DNA from: a virus
Direction: 5' to 3' (one strand)
IMG/VR virus record: IMGVR_UViG_3300029891_000001
Span: 47,439-111,438 of that record
DNA length: 64,000 bases
A program made the translations under genes and the position numbers. This document shows, piece after piece, positions 52,273 through 61,132 of the stretch. The notes beneath the pieces were generated by a model. That model did no database searches and was not told the DNA's origin. It saw nothing but the letters and a program-made list of their open reading frames with translations. The stretch's first letter is position 1. The number at the start of each line of letters is the position of its first letter.

Positions 52273-53360
52273 TTATTATCTTCTAATATCTTTAATAAAT
52301 TCATTGCCATAATTTCTTTAGTAAAATATTTTTTAAATCTATCATATCCTTTTATTTGCAATTCTGAATATAAATCTTTATCTTTATATAATAATTGTAT
52401 TTTCTTTCTTAAATCTGAAATACTTTTTGGTTTAGCCCATAAAACACAATCGCCATATAACTCTCTTAAAACAGGATAATCAAAAGCTACAACTGGAGTT
52501 CTAACAGACATAGCCTCTGTTGGTGGCAATCCTCCCATCCATTCTGTTATTTGAGGATAAACTAAACAATAAGCTTCAGCTATAAGTTTCATCTTTTGAA
52601 ATTCACCAGCCTTTTCTATTAAAGAAAAATTTCCCTTTATAGCTTTTTTAGTATTTTTATAAAATTCTTGCATATTCTCTCCAGAAATTGCTATATGAAC
52701 ATAATCATAAGGAAGTCTTCTCATAGCTTCAACTAATAGATGTGTACCTTTATATTCTATAAGTCTATTACATGCTATAATATACTCTTTTTTTTGCAAA
52801 ATAGCTTCATTAACATAATTGTCTTCAAAAAAACTATCTTCTGGAAGACAATACCAAACTAAATAAGAATCTCTATTATACATAGATTTAAATGTTTCTT
52901 GTGCTATAGTATTGTTCCATATAATTCCGTCTATTTCTAATCCAGAAGTTAACCAATAAAAATATCTTTGCGAATAATTAAAATTATAATTTATTTTATC
53001 TTTACCCCCAACAACATGCATCGGAAGATCTAAAAACATACAATAACAAGGTGTTTGGGGATTCATCTTTTTATATTCTGATACATAGGAACAAACGCTT
53101 TGATCCATTCCCAAAACAACATTTATTGTTTCTTTAACACTCCCAAGAGCTTTAAGTAAATTTGGATAATGATAATAAGAATATGGAAGTTCTATTGAAT
53201 GCATATTTGGTTCTTCAGGAACTTTGCCAACATCAAATAAATTTTTATCACCATTATATAATATATATACAGTATGACCTTTTTTCGCTATTTCAGAACA
53301 TATTTTTCTTTCTTGTTGTCCTAGACTTAAAGTTCCATTACCAAATACTAATATATTCAT
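52269..53360 (-). CDS. Glycosyltransferase, GT-B (GT4-like)
   Basis: NRLIEYKG and EWMGGLPPTEAMSVRTPVVAFDYPVLRE motifs. Confidence 0.85.
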   Translation of the reverse strand: MNILVFGNGTLSLGQQERKICSEIAKKGHTVYILYNGDKNLFDVGKVPEEPNMHSIELPYSYYHYPNLLKALGSVKETINVVLGMDQSVCSYVSEYKKMNPQTPCYCMFLDLPMHVVGGKDKINYNFNYSQRYFYWLTSGLEIDGIIWNNTIAQETFKSMYNRDSYLVWYCLPEDSFFEDNYVNEAILQKKEYIIACNRLIEYKGTHLLVEAMRRLPYDYVHIAISGENMQEFYKNTKKAIKGNFSLIEKAGEFQKMKLIAEAYCLVYPQITEWMGGLPPTEAMSVRTPVVAFDYPVLRELYGDCVLWAKPKSISDLRKKIQLLYKDKDLYSELQIKGYDRFKKYFTKEIMAMNLLKILEDNK

Positions 53361-54343
53361 TATTTAACTCCAACAATATTTTTTATTTTTTCTAAACTTT
53401 TAGTAAATGAGTAATAAAGAATAGTTTTCTCTCTCGCTTTTTCTGCCATTATCTTTCTTTCTTTGCCGTGCTTTAAATAATAATCAATTTTACTCAAACA
53501 ATCTTCTGTATTCTTATAAGTAGCTACTTCTTCTGAAGTATATATTTTGTCACAATCTTTAGTCTCATTAGTTAATAAAAACCCACCTGCTCCACAAATT
53601 CTATAATTTCTAGCACTTACATACTCAGAAATTTCAGGCCATCCAGAATGACCCAAATTTATCTTAGCTCTATTAACAACTTTATTGTGTTCTATATCAT
53701 TAAAAGTATATCTCCCCATATGGTAGGGAATAAGTTCTTGACCAACTTGCCAAGGATATCCAAATATTTTAGTATTTGGAAAATTATAAACAATTTCTTT
53801 AATCAATTCAGTTCTTCCTTTGTGTGGACTATTTTCACTCACTTGACCCATAAAACAAACATCAATATCTTCAATTTCTTTTCCTTCTTCGCTTAAAGAA
53901 GAAATTGGGAAATGAGAGTATGGACACATTCCCTCTCTAGCCCAAAAAGCATTTACTTTATTCTTTTTAAAGTTGTCGATATGTTCTTTATCTACAGTAA
54001 AAAAATAATCATAATTTTTAACTAAATTAAGAAAATCTTTATTTTCATAAGCATATTCATTGTTCATAGTTATATCAAATACCCAAGAACAATATTTCAC
54101 ATTTGGATATTTGGTTTTCAGTTCTTCAATAAATTCTGAAGGATAAGTTTTCCCATTTACTAAATATAAAACTAACATCATTTGAATTTTTCCACTAGAT
54201 AGAATCTCTGGAACATATTTTATAGCTTCATCTAGTCTAAATCTATGATCTAAATAAATAATATTATCATTTAAGTCTTGTAACGCATTAATAATGTAGT
54301 TATTGCTTTGATTGTCGTTCGGCATAGATAAAAGTATATTCAT
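53360..54343 (-). CDS. Glycosyltransferase (CgeB / Glyco_trans_1_2-like)
   Basis: DVCFMG, AKINLG, SARNYRICGAGGFLLT and KIDYYLKH..ER..MA motifs. Confidence 0.85.
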   Translation of the reverse strand: MNILLSMPNDNQSNNYIINALQDLNDNIIYLDHRFRLDEAIKYVPEILSSGKIQMMLVLYLVNGKTYPSEFIEELKTKYPNVKYCSWVFDITMNNEYAYENKDFLNLVKNYDYFFTVDKEHIDNFKKNKVNAFWAREGMCPYSHFPISSLSEEGKEIEDIDVCFMGQVSENSPHKGRTELIKEIVYNFPNTKIFGYPWQVGQELIPYHMGRYTFNDIEHNKVVNRAKINLGHSGWPEISEYVSARNYRICGAGGFLLTNETKDCDKIYTSEEVATYKNTEDCLSKIDYYLKHGKERKIMAEKAREKTILYYSFTKSLEKIKNIVGVK

Positions 54344-55281
54344 TTTAATTTCTCCAATACTTTTATAGCTTTACATATTTCTTCGTTGTTTTTATAATAT
54401 GCCCATAAATGAATTTTTTCAGATACATTTTCATAAAAATCTTTACTATTTAAAACTTTTTGTGCTGTTTCACACATAATTTTAACATCATCCGGTCTTT
54501 GTATTACTAATTCTTTGTGGGGATACCAAAAAATACATGGAGAACAAATAATCGGAACTCCCAACAAAGAGTATTCTAATGCTAAATAATTGAAAGATTC
54601 AGAAAAAGAAGCTTGAAACCCTAATCTATGACTAGCTATCTCTTTATAAAAATCTTCATCATTAAGAATATCTATAGTTTTAAATTGAATATTTTCTAAT
54701 GTCTCATATAAGCTTACTGGAAACCCCTTAGAAACAACTATCTTTTCTTTTGGGTCTAATCTACTCATAGCTAAAAGTTGAGCATGAGTATTTCTGTGTT
54801 TTCTAAGATTATTACCCAAAAACCCATAATTTTTTCTATCTTTGTTTATCTTGCTTACGAACTCCTCTTTGTATCTATTATAATCAATATTAACAATGTG
54901 GGGAACAGCAACAAAATTATGATCTTTATACACAAATTCTATAGAATCGCTAGAAACAACACACCCAAATAGCTTTTTTTCTTTTATTAAGTAAATAGTA
55001 TCATATAAAACTTTTATTTCATCTGAAGGAATCCCCATACTGCTTAAATCTGCTTGCCCTATAGGACTATTATAACAATAATAAATTTTATCATGATTAA
55101 TATTGGCTGCTTCTTGTGGTAAACATCCAGCAATTATAACGCTATCTGCTTTATCTATTTCTGGTAATGAAGAAATTAATTGATATGTAAAAAACTTTAT
55201 TAGCTTAGTAGCTTCTAATCCTCTTAGAAATCTTCCCTGACCCTTATATTCTAATCTTTTCTGAATATATGCATGAATCAT
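54340..55281 (-). CDS. Glycosyltransferase, GT-B (divergent)
   Basis: RKHRN...Q and QASFSESFNYLALEYSLLGVP (EX7E) motifs; start MIHAY with AAGGG RBS. Confidence 0.75.
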   Translation of the reverse strand: MIHAYIQKRLEYKGQGRFLRGLEATKLIKFFTYQLISSLPEIDKADSVIIAGCLPQEAANINHDKIYYCYNSPIGQADLSSMGIPSDEIKVLYDTIYLIKEKKLFGCVVSSDSIEFVYKDHNFVAVPHIVNIDYNRYKEEFVSKINKDRKNYGFLGNNLRKHRNTHAQLLAMSRLDPKEKIVVSKGFPVSLYETLENIQFKTIDILNDEDFYKEIASHRLGFQASFSESFNYLALEYSLLGVPIICSPCIFWYPHKELVIQRPDDVKIMCETAQKVLNSKDFYENVSEKIHLWAYYKNNEEICKAIKVLEKLK

Positions 55282-55299
55282 AATTCCCTTTCTTAAAAT

Positions 55300-55328
55300 G
55301 TGTGGGGTATAGAAGATATACCCCACAC
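55300..55328 (-). terminator. Perfect 12-bp hairpin between the barrel gene and the glycosylation cluster
   Basis: GTGTGGGGTATA-N5-TATACCCCACAC followed by ATTTT on the minus strand. Confidence 0.6.
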
Positions 55329-55349
55329 CAACACACTAACTAAACACGA

Positions 55350-55856
55350 CTAAAACCTTACATAACCATTAGCACCAACTATCCAACCATCAACATATTG
55401 ATTATCTCCTTCAAATGAAAACTTATATTTAGCAAAAGAAGATAACCCGAATCGAGAAGTAATATCATAATAGAGAATTGCTCCACCAGCTCCCCTGATG
55501 TAATCAGTAAAATTGATATTGCCATCTTCATTATAATTGGCAATCCAATCAAACCCAGGACCTGCTAACAAACCAATACCAATATTAGAAAAAATAAGAC
55601 TCTCAGAATCAATAAACTTTAATGTAGTAAAAACACCAACTTCAGCGCCTAAATCTTTATCTAATCCGATATCTAAATAACTAAAACCCCAAATAGAACC
55701 AGAAATATTAATCCCATATCCAACATTAACAATAACTTTCTGATCGCTTTCATATCTGCCACCCAAGAACCCAATATTGTTATAACTTGTCTGGGCTTCA
55801 GCAATTAAACCTACAGATAAAATCAAAGTCAAAATAAAAACAATCTTCTTAATCAT
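55350..55856 (-). CDS. Outer-membrane beta-barrel protein
   Basis: Start MIKKIVFILTLILSVGLIAEAQ (signal, GAGGAG RBS), amphipathic Gly/aromatic strands, C-terminal YVRF (Bam signal). Confidence 0.7.
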   Translation of the reverse strand: MIKKIVFILTLILSVGLIAEAQTSYNNIGFLGGRYESDQKVIVNVGYGINISGSIWGFSYLDIGLDKDLGAEVGVFTTLKFIDSESLIFSNIGIGLLAGPGFDWIANYNEDGNINFTDYIRGAGGAILYYDITSRFGLSSFAKYKFSFEGDNQYVDGWIVGANGYVRF

Positions 55857-55866
55857 AACTCTCCTC

Positions 55867-56118
55867 TTATAAATTGGGTTTATACAGATAATTATATAAT
55901 ACAAGAATGTCGTCAACATTAATTTTGCCATCTTTGTCTAAATCAAACTTTTCTAAATACTTTACTAAATCGTTTATCTTTACTTCGTTGTCATTGTCTG
56001 TATCAAACTGCTTAATAAAGTGTAGAATAGCAACAATATCCATCAAATTGACCACCCCATCACTATTCACATCTAAAACAGCTAGAGCTTCTTCTCGTGT
56101 AAGATTAAGTTCGGCCAT
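55867..56118 (-). CDS. EF-hand/dockerin-like Ca-binding protein
   Basis: Three loops: DVNSDGVVNLMD, DTDNDNEVKIND and DLDKDGKINVDD; AGGAGG RBS. Confidence 0.8.
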   Translation of the reverse strand: MAELNLTREEALAVLDVNSDGVVNLMDIVAILHFIKQFDTDNDNEVKINDLVKYLEKFDLDKDGKINVDDILVLYNYLYKPNL

Positions 56119-56189
56119 TTTTCCTCCTTACAATATTATTTCCCTTATATAACACAACTCTATACATATATATGTATAAATATCCTTAT

Positions 56190-56218
56190 TTTTTTTATAA
56201 AAATACCGTTTTTTATTA
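56190..56218 (+). promoter_or_regulatory. Candidate late promoter of holin-like gene
   Basis: TTTTTTTATAAAAATACCGTTTTTTATTA; near-identical to 39523-39551. Confidence 0.6.
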
Positions 56219-56243
56219 AAAATATTAATTAATAGGAGATTTT

Positions 56244-56549
56244 ATGGAAACAAGTAACTTTCAATATGTTTTTGTTTTTATCGTCGGAATAATACTAAGT
56301 CCCCTTGTTCAAATAATAAAAACTAAATTTCTTAAAAAGGGAGAGAATATAAATTATGACCCCGACCAAGTAAAATTAATTTCCATATTTCTTGCCATAG
56401 CTATATCTTTTGTAATTAATTTAATTGGTAAATATTCTCTATCTCCAATCGAAGTTATCCTCCATGCTTTTACGGTTAGCGGAACTGCTGAATTAACTTA
56501 TATTTCTTCTAATTATTATAATAAAGTTGTCACAAAAAAGCCCGATTAG
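56244..56549 (+). CDS. Holin-like membrane protein
   Basis: 101 aa, 2-3 hydrophobic segments, LVQIIKT motif, basic C-terminus, AGGAG RBS. Confidence 0.6.
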   Translation: METSNFQYVFVFIVGIILSPLVQIIKTKFLKKGENINYDPDQVKLISIFLAIAISFVINLIGKYSLSPIEVILHAFTVSGTAELTYISSNYYNKVVTKKPD

Positions 56550-56560
56550 GGTTTTTTGTG
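56531..56560. terminator. Bidirectional intrinsic terminator
   Basis: CACAAAAAAGCCC-GATTA-GGGTTTTTTGTG between convergent genes. Confidence 0.6.
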
Positions 56561-56661
56561 GAAAGTAATCTACTTCTCAAAATTTTAGAGGGACTTATAT
56601 ATCTCTTAATAATGGTGGAAAGATATACTATAGTCCCTCTTTGTGCTGTATCGCACTTATA

Positions 56662-57054
56662 TTACTTAATAAAACAGTTGACTGCAGCTGGAAGAGTATT
56701 GTCAATATTCTCTTCAGCAACATTACCAAACACACCATAGTTCATAACTTCATCAAAAGCTTTCATAGAAAGAAAATAATCTCCATCTGGATATGTACTA
56801 AAAGGAACTAATATAGAATCTAAAATACCAGCTGGTTTATTACTTGTATTCAAAATAGTAAATAAAGTTGTACATGAATTCCAATGATTTTGAAGACTGT
56901 CAGCAGAATGAGATACTTTTAAAACATATCCATTTGCTATTCCAATATTCCCATCGTCTCCAACAGTGGTATAAGTTAACCATTTATCTGAACTAGTATA
57001 ACCTACACCAAAACTAAAGACGATAAGAACGAATAAAAATAATTTCCACTTCAT
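56662..57054 (-). CDS. Secreted fibronectin type III-like protein
   Basis: Signal peptide; LTYTTVGDDGNIGIANGY...W...PAG...YFLSMKAFDEVMNY..GNV. Confidence 0.65.
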   Translation of the reverse strand: MKWKLFLFVLIVFSFGVGYTSSDKWLTYTTVGDDGNIGIANGYVLKVSHSADSLQNHWNSCTTLFTILNTSNKPAGILDSILVPFSTYPDGDYFLSMKAFDEVMNYGVFGNVAEENIDNTLPAAVNCFIK

Positions 57055-57347
57055 AAACTTTTACCTGATTTTAAAGTTAATAATAAATAACACTCTTTGT
57101 GACATAAAATTGTTTCTATGTCTAAACAATCTCTGGGCAAAACTATTAGAGTTCCCTCGCTGTTGTCTTCAAATTCTGAATGACAGACTTCACATTTGCT
57201 TCCTCTCTCTATTGGCACAAAAAAACAAGGAAATACTTTTCTAAATACATATTCGTCTTTTAATCCAACTTCTTCATACTTATACAGATCACACTGAGCC
57301 ATGTTATAATTCTTGGCATTTACTGCTTTTAATGTTTTCTTTCCCAT
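57051..57347 (-). CDS. Hypothetical Zn-binding protein
   Basis: CEVC...HKEC. Confidence 0.5.
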   Translation of the reverse strand: MGKKTLKAVNAKNYNMAQCDLYKYEEVGLKDEYVFRKVFPCFFVPIERGSKCEVCHSEFEDNSEGTLIVLPRDCLDIETILCHKECYLLLTLKSGKSL

Positions 57348-57520
57348 AGATTATTTTTCTTGTTAAAAATTTCTAAATGCACTTTTTTTATAACCTCTTC
57401 TTTTTCTTTATCATTATTTTTATATATCTCTATAGCAGTTCTTTTTTCCTCGTCTTTTAATTGATTGAACGGTTTTTCTGGAGGATAATATTCCGTTGAA
57501 TCTAAAACAAATCCTTTCAT
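57329..57520 (-). CDS. Hypothetical protein
   Basis: Coupled ORF in operon. Confidence 0.45.
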   Translation of the reverse strand: MKGFVLDSTEYYPPEKPFNQLKDEEKRTAIEIYKNNDKEKEEVIKKVHLEIFNKKNNLWERKH

Positions 57521-57521
57521 A

Positions 57522-57821
57522 TTATTCTTTCTTTAGTTTAACTAAATTAACAATGTTATCCGGCTTAACTACATTAATCTTAATCTCTTCATACCAAATT
57601 TTAACTATTCTTTCGCTAGAAATAAATTCCATATTTTCTTCATTATCTTCCATCGGCATTAAAAATCCACCATTTCCAATACTTACAACAATATTTCTAA
57701 TATCAATAGATGAAACACCTTGAGATTCATTAAAATGCATGGTATAATCAATTTCTTCTTGTTTGCCCTTAATTAATTCAATATACTTAATATGAACATT
57801 ATAATTCATAAATTCTCCCAA
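57522..57821 (-). CDS. Hypothetical protein
   Basis: ORF in operon; GGAG upstream of MNYN. Confidence 0.5.
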   Translation of the reverse strand: MGEFMNYNVHIKYIELIKGKQEEIDYTMHFNESQGVSSIDIRNIVVSIGNGGFLMPMEDNEENMEFISSERIVKIWYEEIKINVVKPDNIVNLVKLKKE

Positions 57822-57859
57822 TTTAATCGTTTATAGTTAATTCGTTAAATTCCATATAA

Positions 57860-58192
57860 TCAATCGTATTTTCTACTTATTCCATATTCTACTAAATATT
57901 TCTCATTTTTAGTAATTTTATACAAAATTAAATAAGGAAACCAATGCCAAAAACTAATAGTTACATAAAACCCATATTTTTCAATTTCATTCCCCTGTAA
58001 TAGATGTTAAAGATAATCATCTATACAAAGCCAAATACCAAAAAGAGAAACTATCGTAGTATAAATATAATATTCTGGATAAAAAAATACTAATACAAAA
58101 GAAATAATTAAAAGTATAACCCCAGTCCAAAAATGATACATTCGATACGGAGAAAACGATCTTCTATGAAATTCATATTTTCTAAAATACAT
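57860..58192 (-). pseudogene. Membrane protein gene interrupted by one in-frame TAA
   Basis: After IDDYL* (58007-58009) the same frame continues for 48 sense codons (HLLQGNEIEKYGFY...RKYD) to TGA at 57860. Confidence 0.5.
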
Positions 58193-58367
58193 TTTTATTC
58201 TCTCTTGGTCTTTTTTTCTGTGATATTATATGTTCTCTCTTTTTATGAGCCTCAAAGTCAACTGGACAACTAAATGACTGTCCACATATAAGACAAGTCC
58301 AACAAGCATATTCTGAAGGAACAATAGTCCCTTCGGGTGGAATCTTCTTATTCATAACACTAAACAT
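58182..58367 (-). CDS. C2H2 zinc-finger protein
   Basis: CLICGQSFSCPVDFEAHKKREH. Confidence 0.65.
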   Translation of the reverse strand: MFSVMNKKIPPEGTIVPSEYACWTCLICGQSFSCPVDFEAHKKREHIISQKKRPRENKNVF

Positions 58368-58443
58368 CCCAAGGATGGGGTGGAGGATAAATAATTATAA
58401 TAGGCATCGCCAATAACACGAAATACCAAAGTTTACTAAACAT
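58360..58443 (-). CDS. 27-aa membrane peptide
   Basis: AAGGAG RBS; MFSKLWYFVLLAMPIIIIYPPPHPWDV. Confidence 0.4.
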   Translation of the reverse strand: MFSKLWYFVLLAMPIIIIYPPPHPWDV

Positions 58444-58455
58444 AATTATCTCCTT

Positions 58456-58845
58456 TTAATTGACAAAAAATCTAAACAATCTTATCCCAAAGATGTTCAA
58501 TAGTAGTTTAACGTCATAAACTGTTAACGGCTGACACCCGTAAATTACGTAATCATAGCTCTTATGCTTCCACTGCTTGTCGTCAGTCTTTACTCCCCTA
58601 TCATTTACCCCAGATTGTTCTTCTCTTAAGTCTGGATCTTTATTTATAACATCTAATACTTCATCCATAGTTTTTACTTTATTTTTAGCTAATAAAAAAT
58701 GTTTAATACTATACCATTGAAAATTCTTCTTTTTCTTTTCTTTCTCTGTTAATTGAGAAAATTTAGTTTTAGTATTTGTTACATAAATATATACTTTGTG
58801 AAAGTACATATAGGCTGTTTCGTTGTCTTTCATGTTTTCATTCAT
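58456..58845 (-). CDS. Hypothetical protein
   Basis: ORF track. Confidence 0.5.
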   Translation of the reverse strand: MNENMKDNETAYMYFHKVYIYVTNTKTKFSQLTEKEKKKKNFQWYSIKHFLLAKNKVKTMDEVLDVINKDPDLREEQSGVNDRGVKTDDKQWKHKSYDYVIYGCQPLTVYDVKLLLNIFGIRLFRFFVN

Positions 58846-58908
58846 AATATTTTCTACTCTTTGACTAAATAGATTTAAAATTAATATTTAATATCATTTT
58901 TTATCCTT

Positions 58909-59022
58909 TTAACTACACGCGAATTTTCCAATAAACATTCCAACGATAAACAATACAGCGATAATAATTAAAATACCCAACCCAATTAATTTAAAATAAT
59001 CTGACATAGGATTCGTATCCAT
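58909..59022 (-). CDS. 37-aa single-TM peptide
   Basis: AGGAG RBS; MDTNPMSDYFKLIGLGILIIIAVLFIVGMFIGKFACS. Confidence 0.5.
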   Translation of the reverse strand: MDTNPMSDYFKLIGLGILIIIAVLFIVGMFIGKFACS

Positions 59023-59037
59023 ATTATCTCCTAACTT

Positions 59038-59319
59038 TTAATCTTTAAAGTCATATAGCTCCTCGCTCAAGTATTTTACGATTAATTCATAGTTTTTTCT
59101 TACTCTTCCCCACTCTTTCCCAGAGTCTATACATTTTTTTATTTCTTTATAATCCTTATCGCACTGAATACTTCTGTTTAATCCTCTAAGACCATGTGTG
59201 GAAGCCATATCTTCTACTTCGATCATGATCGCGACTTTCATCGCTCTACTGTAGAAATCTTCTTTCATCGCTATATCCTTTGCTATTAATAGAAAGATAT
59301 ATATCATTATTACATTCAC
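59038..59319 (-). CDS. Hypothetical protein
   Basis: ORF track; true start probably MKEDFY after AAGGA. Confidence 0.5.
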   Translation of the reverse strand: MNVIMIYIFLLIAKDIAMKEDFYSRAMKVAIMIEVEDMASTHGLRGLNRSIQCDKDYKEIKKCIDSGKEWGRVRKNYELIVKYLSEELYDFKD

Positions 59320-59394
59320 CTATTCTTACTGTTCTTGCTACTTATAAGCTAAACGGATTCTTTAAGTAATAACTACTTTCTCTATTAATAGAAA

Positions 59395-59515
59395 CTAGAA
59401 GATTGCTAGAAGATTGCTAGAAGATTGCTAGAAGATTGATAGAAGATTGCTAGAAGATTGCTAGAAGATTGCTAGAAGATTGCTAGAAGATTGATAGAAG
59501 ACTACTAGAAGACTT
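59395..59515. repeat. Tandem array, 11 x 11-bp (CTAGAAGATTG)
   Basis: Read directly; units 5 and 10 begin with A, giving a 55-bp higher-order period; last two units degenerate. Confidence 0.95.
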
Positions 59516-59763
59516 CTACTTCAGTAAATTGACTACTGTCAACTTATCAACTTTGATAGAAATAACTAAGAATTCGCGAAAATCCATAAAAAATCGGGAA
59601 TTATTTTTATTTTAACCAAAGAAATATTTTTTAAAAAAAAGGAATACCTTTTCAAGAAAAATTTCAGTAAAGAAAAGTTTCGAAAAAAGGTATTTACGCG
59701 TCTCTATAACTAGCGAATTCGCGCATGTATAATACTGTCTAATATACTAGTTCTCTTATTTCC

Positions 59764-59955
59764 TTATGATAAACACTCTTCATAAAAAATATAATGACAT
59801 CTTGGACAAGTAATTTTTAATCTCTCTTCGTCCTTAAGCATATATTGATAATGTTCTACGTGAAATTGATCTTCACTTTCTTGACAATCGGGATATTTCA
59901 TGAATCTTAATTTCCCGCACTTAGAACATTTTTTCGTTTCTCCATACTTTTTCAT
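59764..59955 (-). CDS. Small Zn-ribbon protein
   Basis: CSKCG...CPRC. Confidence 0.55.
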   Translation of the reverse strand: MKKYGETKKCSKCGKLRFMKYPDCQESEDQFHVEHYQYMLKDEERLKITCPRCHYIFYEECLS

Positions 59956-59987
59956 TTTCGTTCTGCCTTTCTTTTAATTCGAATTCT

Positions 59988-60035
59988 CTGTAACAGATTA
60001 ATGCTGAAGCAGATTAATGCTGTAACAGACTAATT
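59988..60035. repeat. 3 x 16-bp imperfect repeat
   Basis: CTGTAACAGATTAATG / CTGAAGCAGATTAATG / CTGTAACAGACTAATT. Confidence 0.8.
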
Positions 60036-60189
60036 AAGTTCGATATCTTCTTTTACTATTAATGCTTTCTTTTCCTTAATAGTTTTAATTTTAAAATATT
60101 TTCTAGGATTCCCGATAAAACAGAATATCTATCTCTTTCTTCGATAGGAATATCTAATTCTCTATAGAAATAGAGTCCTCGCCCGATTC

Positions 60190-60278
60190 GCTGAAGCAGA
60201 TTGCTGAAGCAGATTGCTGAAGCAGATTGCTGAAGCAGATTGCTGAAGCAGATTGCTGAAGCAGATTGCTGAAGCAGA
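60190..60278. repeat. Tandem array, ~7 x 13-bp (GCTGAAGCAGATT)
   Basis: Six perfect units plus an 11-nt partial unit. Confidence 0.95.
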
Positions 60279-60733
60279 AAAACAGATCCTCGGTTAATTT
60301 CATGAACCTATTACTGTTTCAAATCGCTATAATTAACTCTGAGTCTCAGAGTTGCTGAGTCTCAGATAACTATCTTATAATTCTAGGATTTCCTTATAAC
60401 TGTTATAAAATAATTCTTTGTATATAACTAATATATAACAATATATTTCATTTCCAGCGTCTTTGACTTAGTTTCGCGTTACTTATATATAATTCTGAAA
60501 AATTTGCATTGAAATTCTATGATTTGTATAAAACTGCTATATAATAGAATCATTTCTGACTAAAGCCAGAGCCTCAGAGGTTAGTTTGTGACACCTAATA
60601 TGTATAATGAGTAACACACTTAACATCGAAAATAGATATTAACATCTCTAAAAAAACACCCCCCCCTTTGATAAGCTATTGAATTGCAATACTTTACGAA
60701 TACTCTTGATATTAATCTTTTTTTATTTTTTAT

Positions 60734-60768
60734 TTGTTTTTTGCGTTTCTACGCCCGATATTGATAAT
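60734..60768 (+). promoter_or_regulatory. sigma70-like early promoter
   Basis: TTGCGT-N16-GATAAT (or TTGTTT-N17-GATATT) preceded by a T-rich UP-like tract. Confidence 0.45.
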
Positions 60769-60863
60769 AGAAGAAAAAATTAATTTTACACAAGCGCGAA
60801 ACTTGGGGAAAGCGCAAAATTCTTTGACGACATAACAAAAAAATTCAACGAAGGGAAATTAAT

Positions 60864-61103
60864 ATGTTTCAATTAACGATGAAACAAAAAAGAAAAATTC
60901 GAGAAGCACTCGAAGAGAAATTTTATGATAGCCCATATTATGTTAAACATTTAATGAGAAATTTATCGTATCAGATATCGATTAGGGTATCGGGTACAGA
61001 AATCATGATAATATCGAATAACGAAGAAGGGATTCTTGATTGGGTAATTCTCGATCAAGATTATTCTTCGATTGGGGATTTCATAGAGACGTTATTCCCA
61101 TAA
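60864..61103 (+). CDS. Small early protein, acidic C-terminus
   Basis: AAGGGAA RBS; first gene of the plus-strand cassette. Confidence 0.65.
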   Translation: MFQLTMKQKRKIREALEEKFYDSPYYVKHLMRNLSYQISIRVSGTEIMIISNNEEGILDWVILDQDYSSIGDFIETLFP

Positions 61104-61132
61104 AATTTTAATCTTTTAAAAGGGTTTTAAAA

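Noticed and set aside
910-54972. Many short plus-strand ORFs in the track (e.g. 15499..15954, 25166..25666, 32231..32599)
   Set aside because: They are antisense shadows of long minus-strand genes and have no recognisable motifs.
56558-56740. ORF 56558..56740 (+) and the hairpin at 56587-56640 as an ncRNA
   Set aside because: The ORF lacks an RBS and overlaps a convergent gene. The hairpin is adequately explained as a 3' end structure between convergent transcripts.
57860-58192. Stop-codon reassignment (alternative genetic code)
   Set aside because: TAA, TAG and TGA all end conserved genes normally, and coding density is high under code 11; this is a single case.
59395-60278. Tandem arrays as CRISPR
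   Set aside because: Units of 11-16 bp are head-to-tail with no unique spacers, and no cas genes are present.
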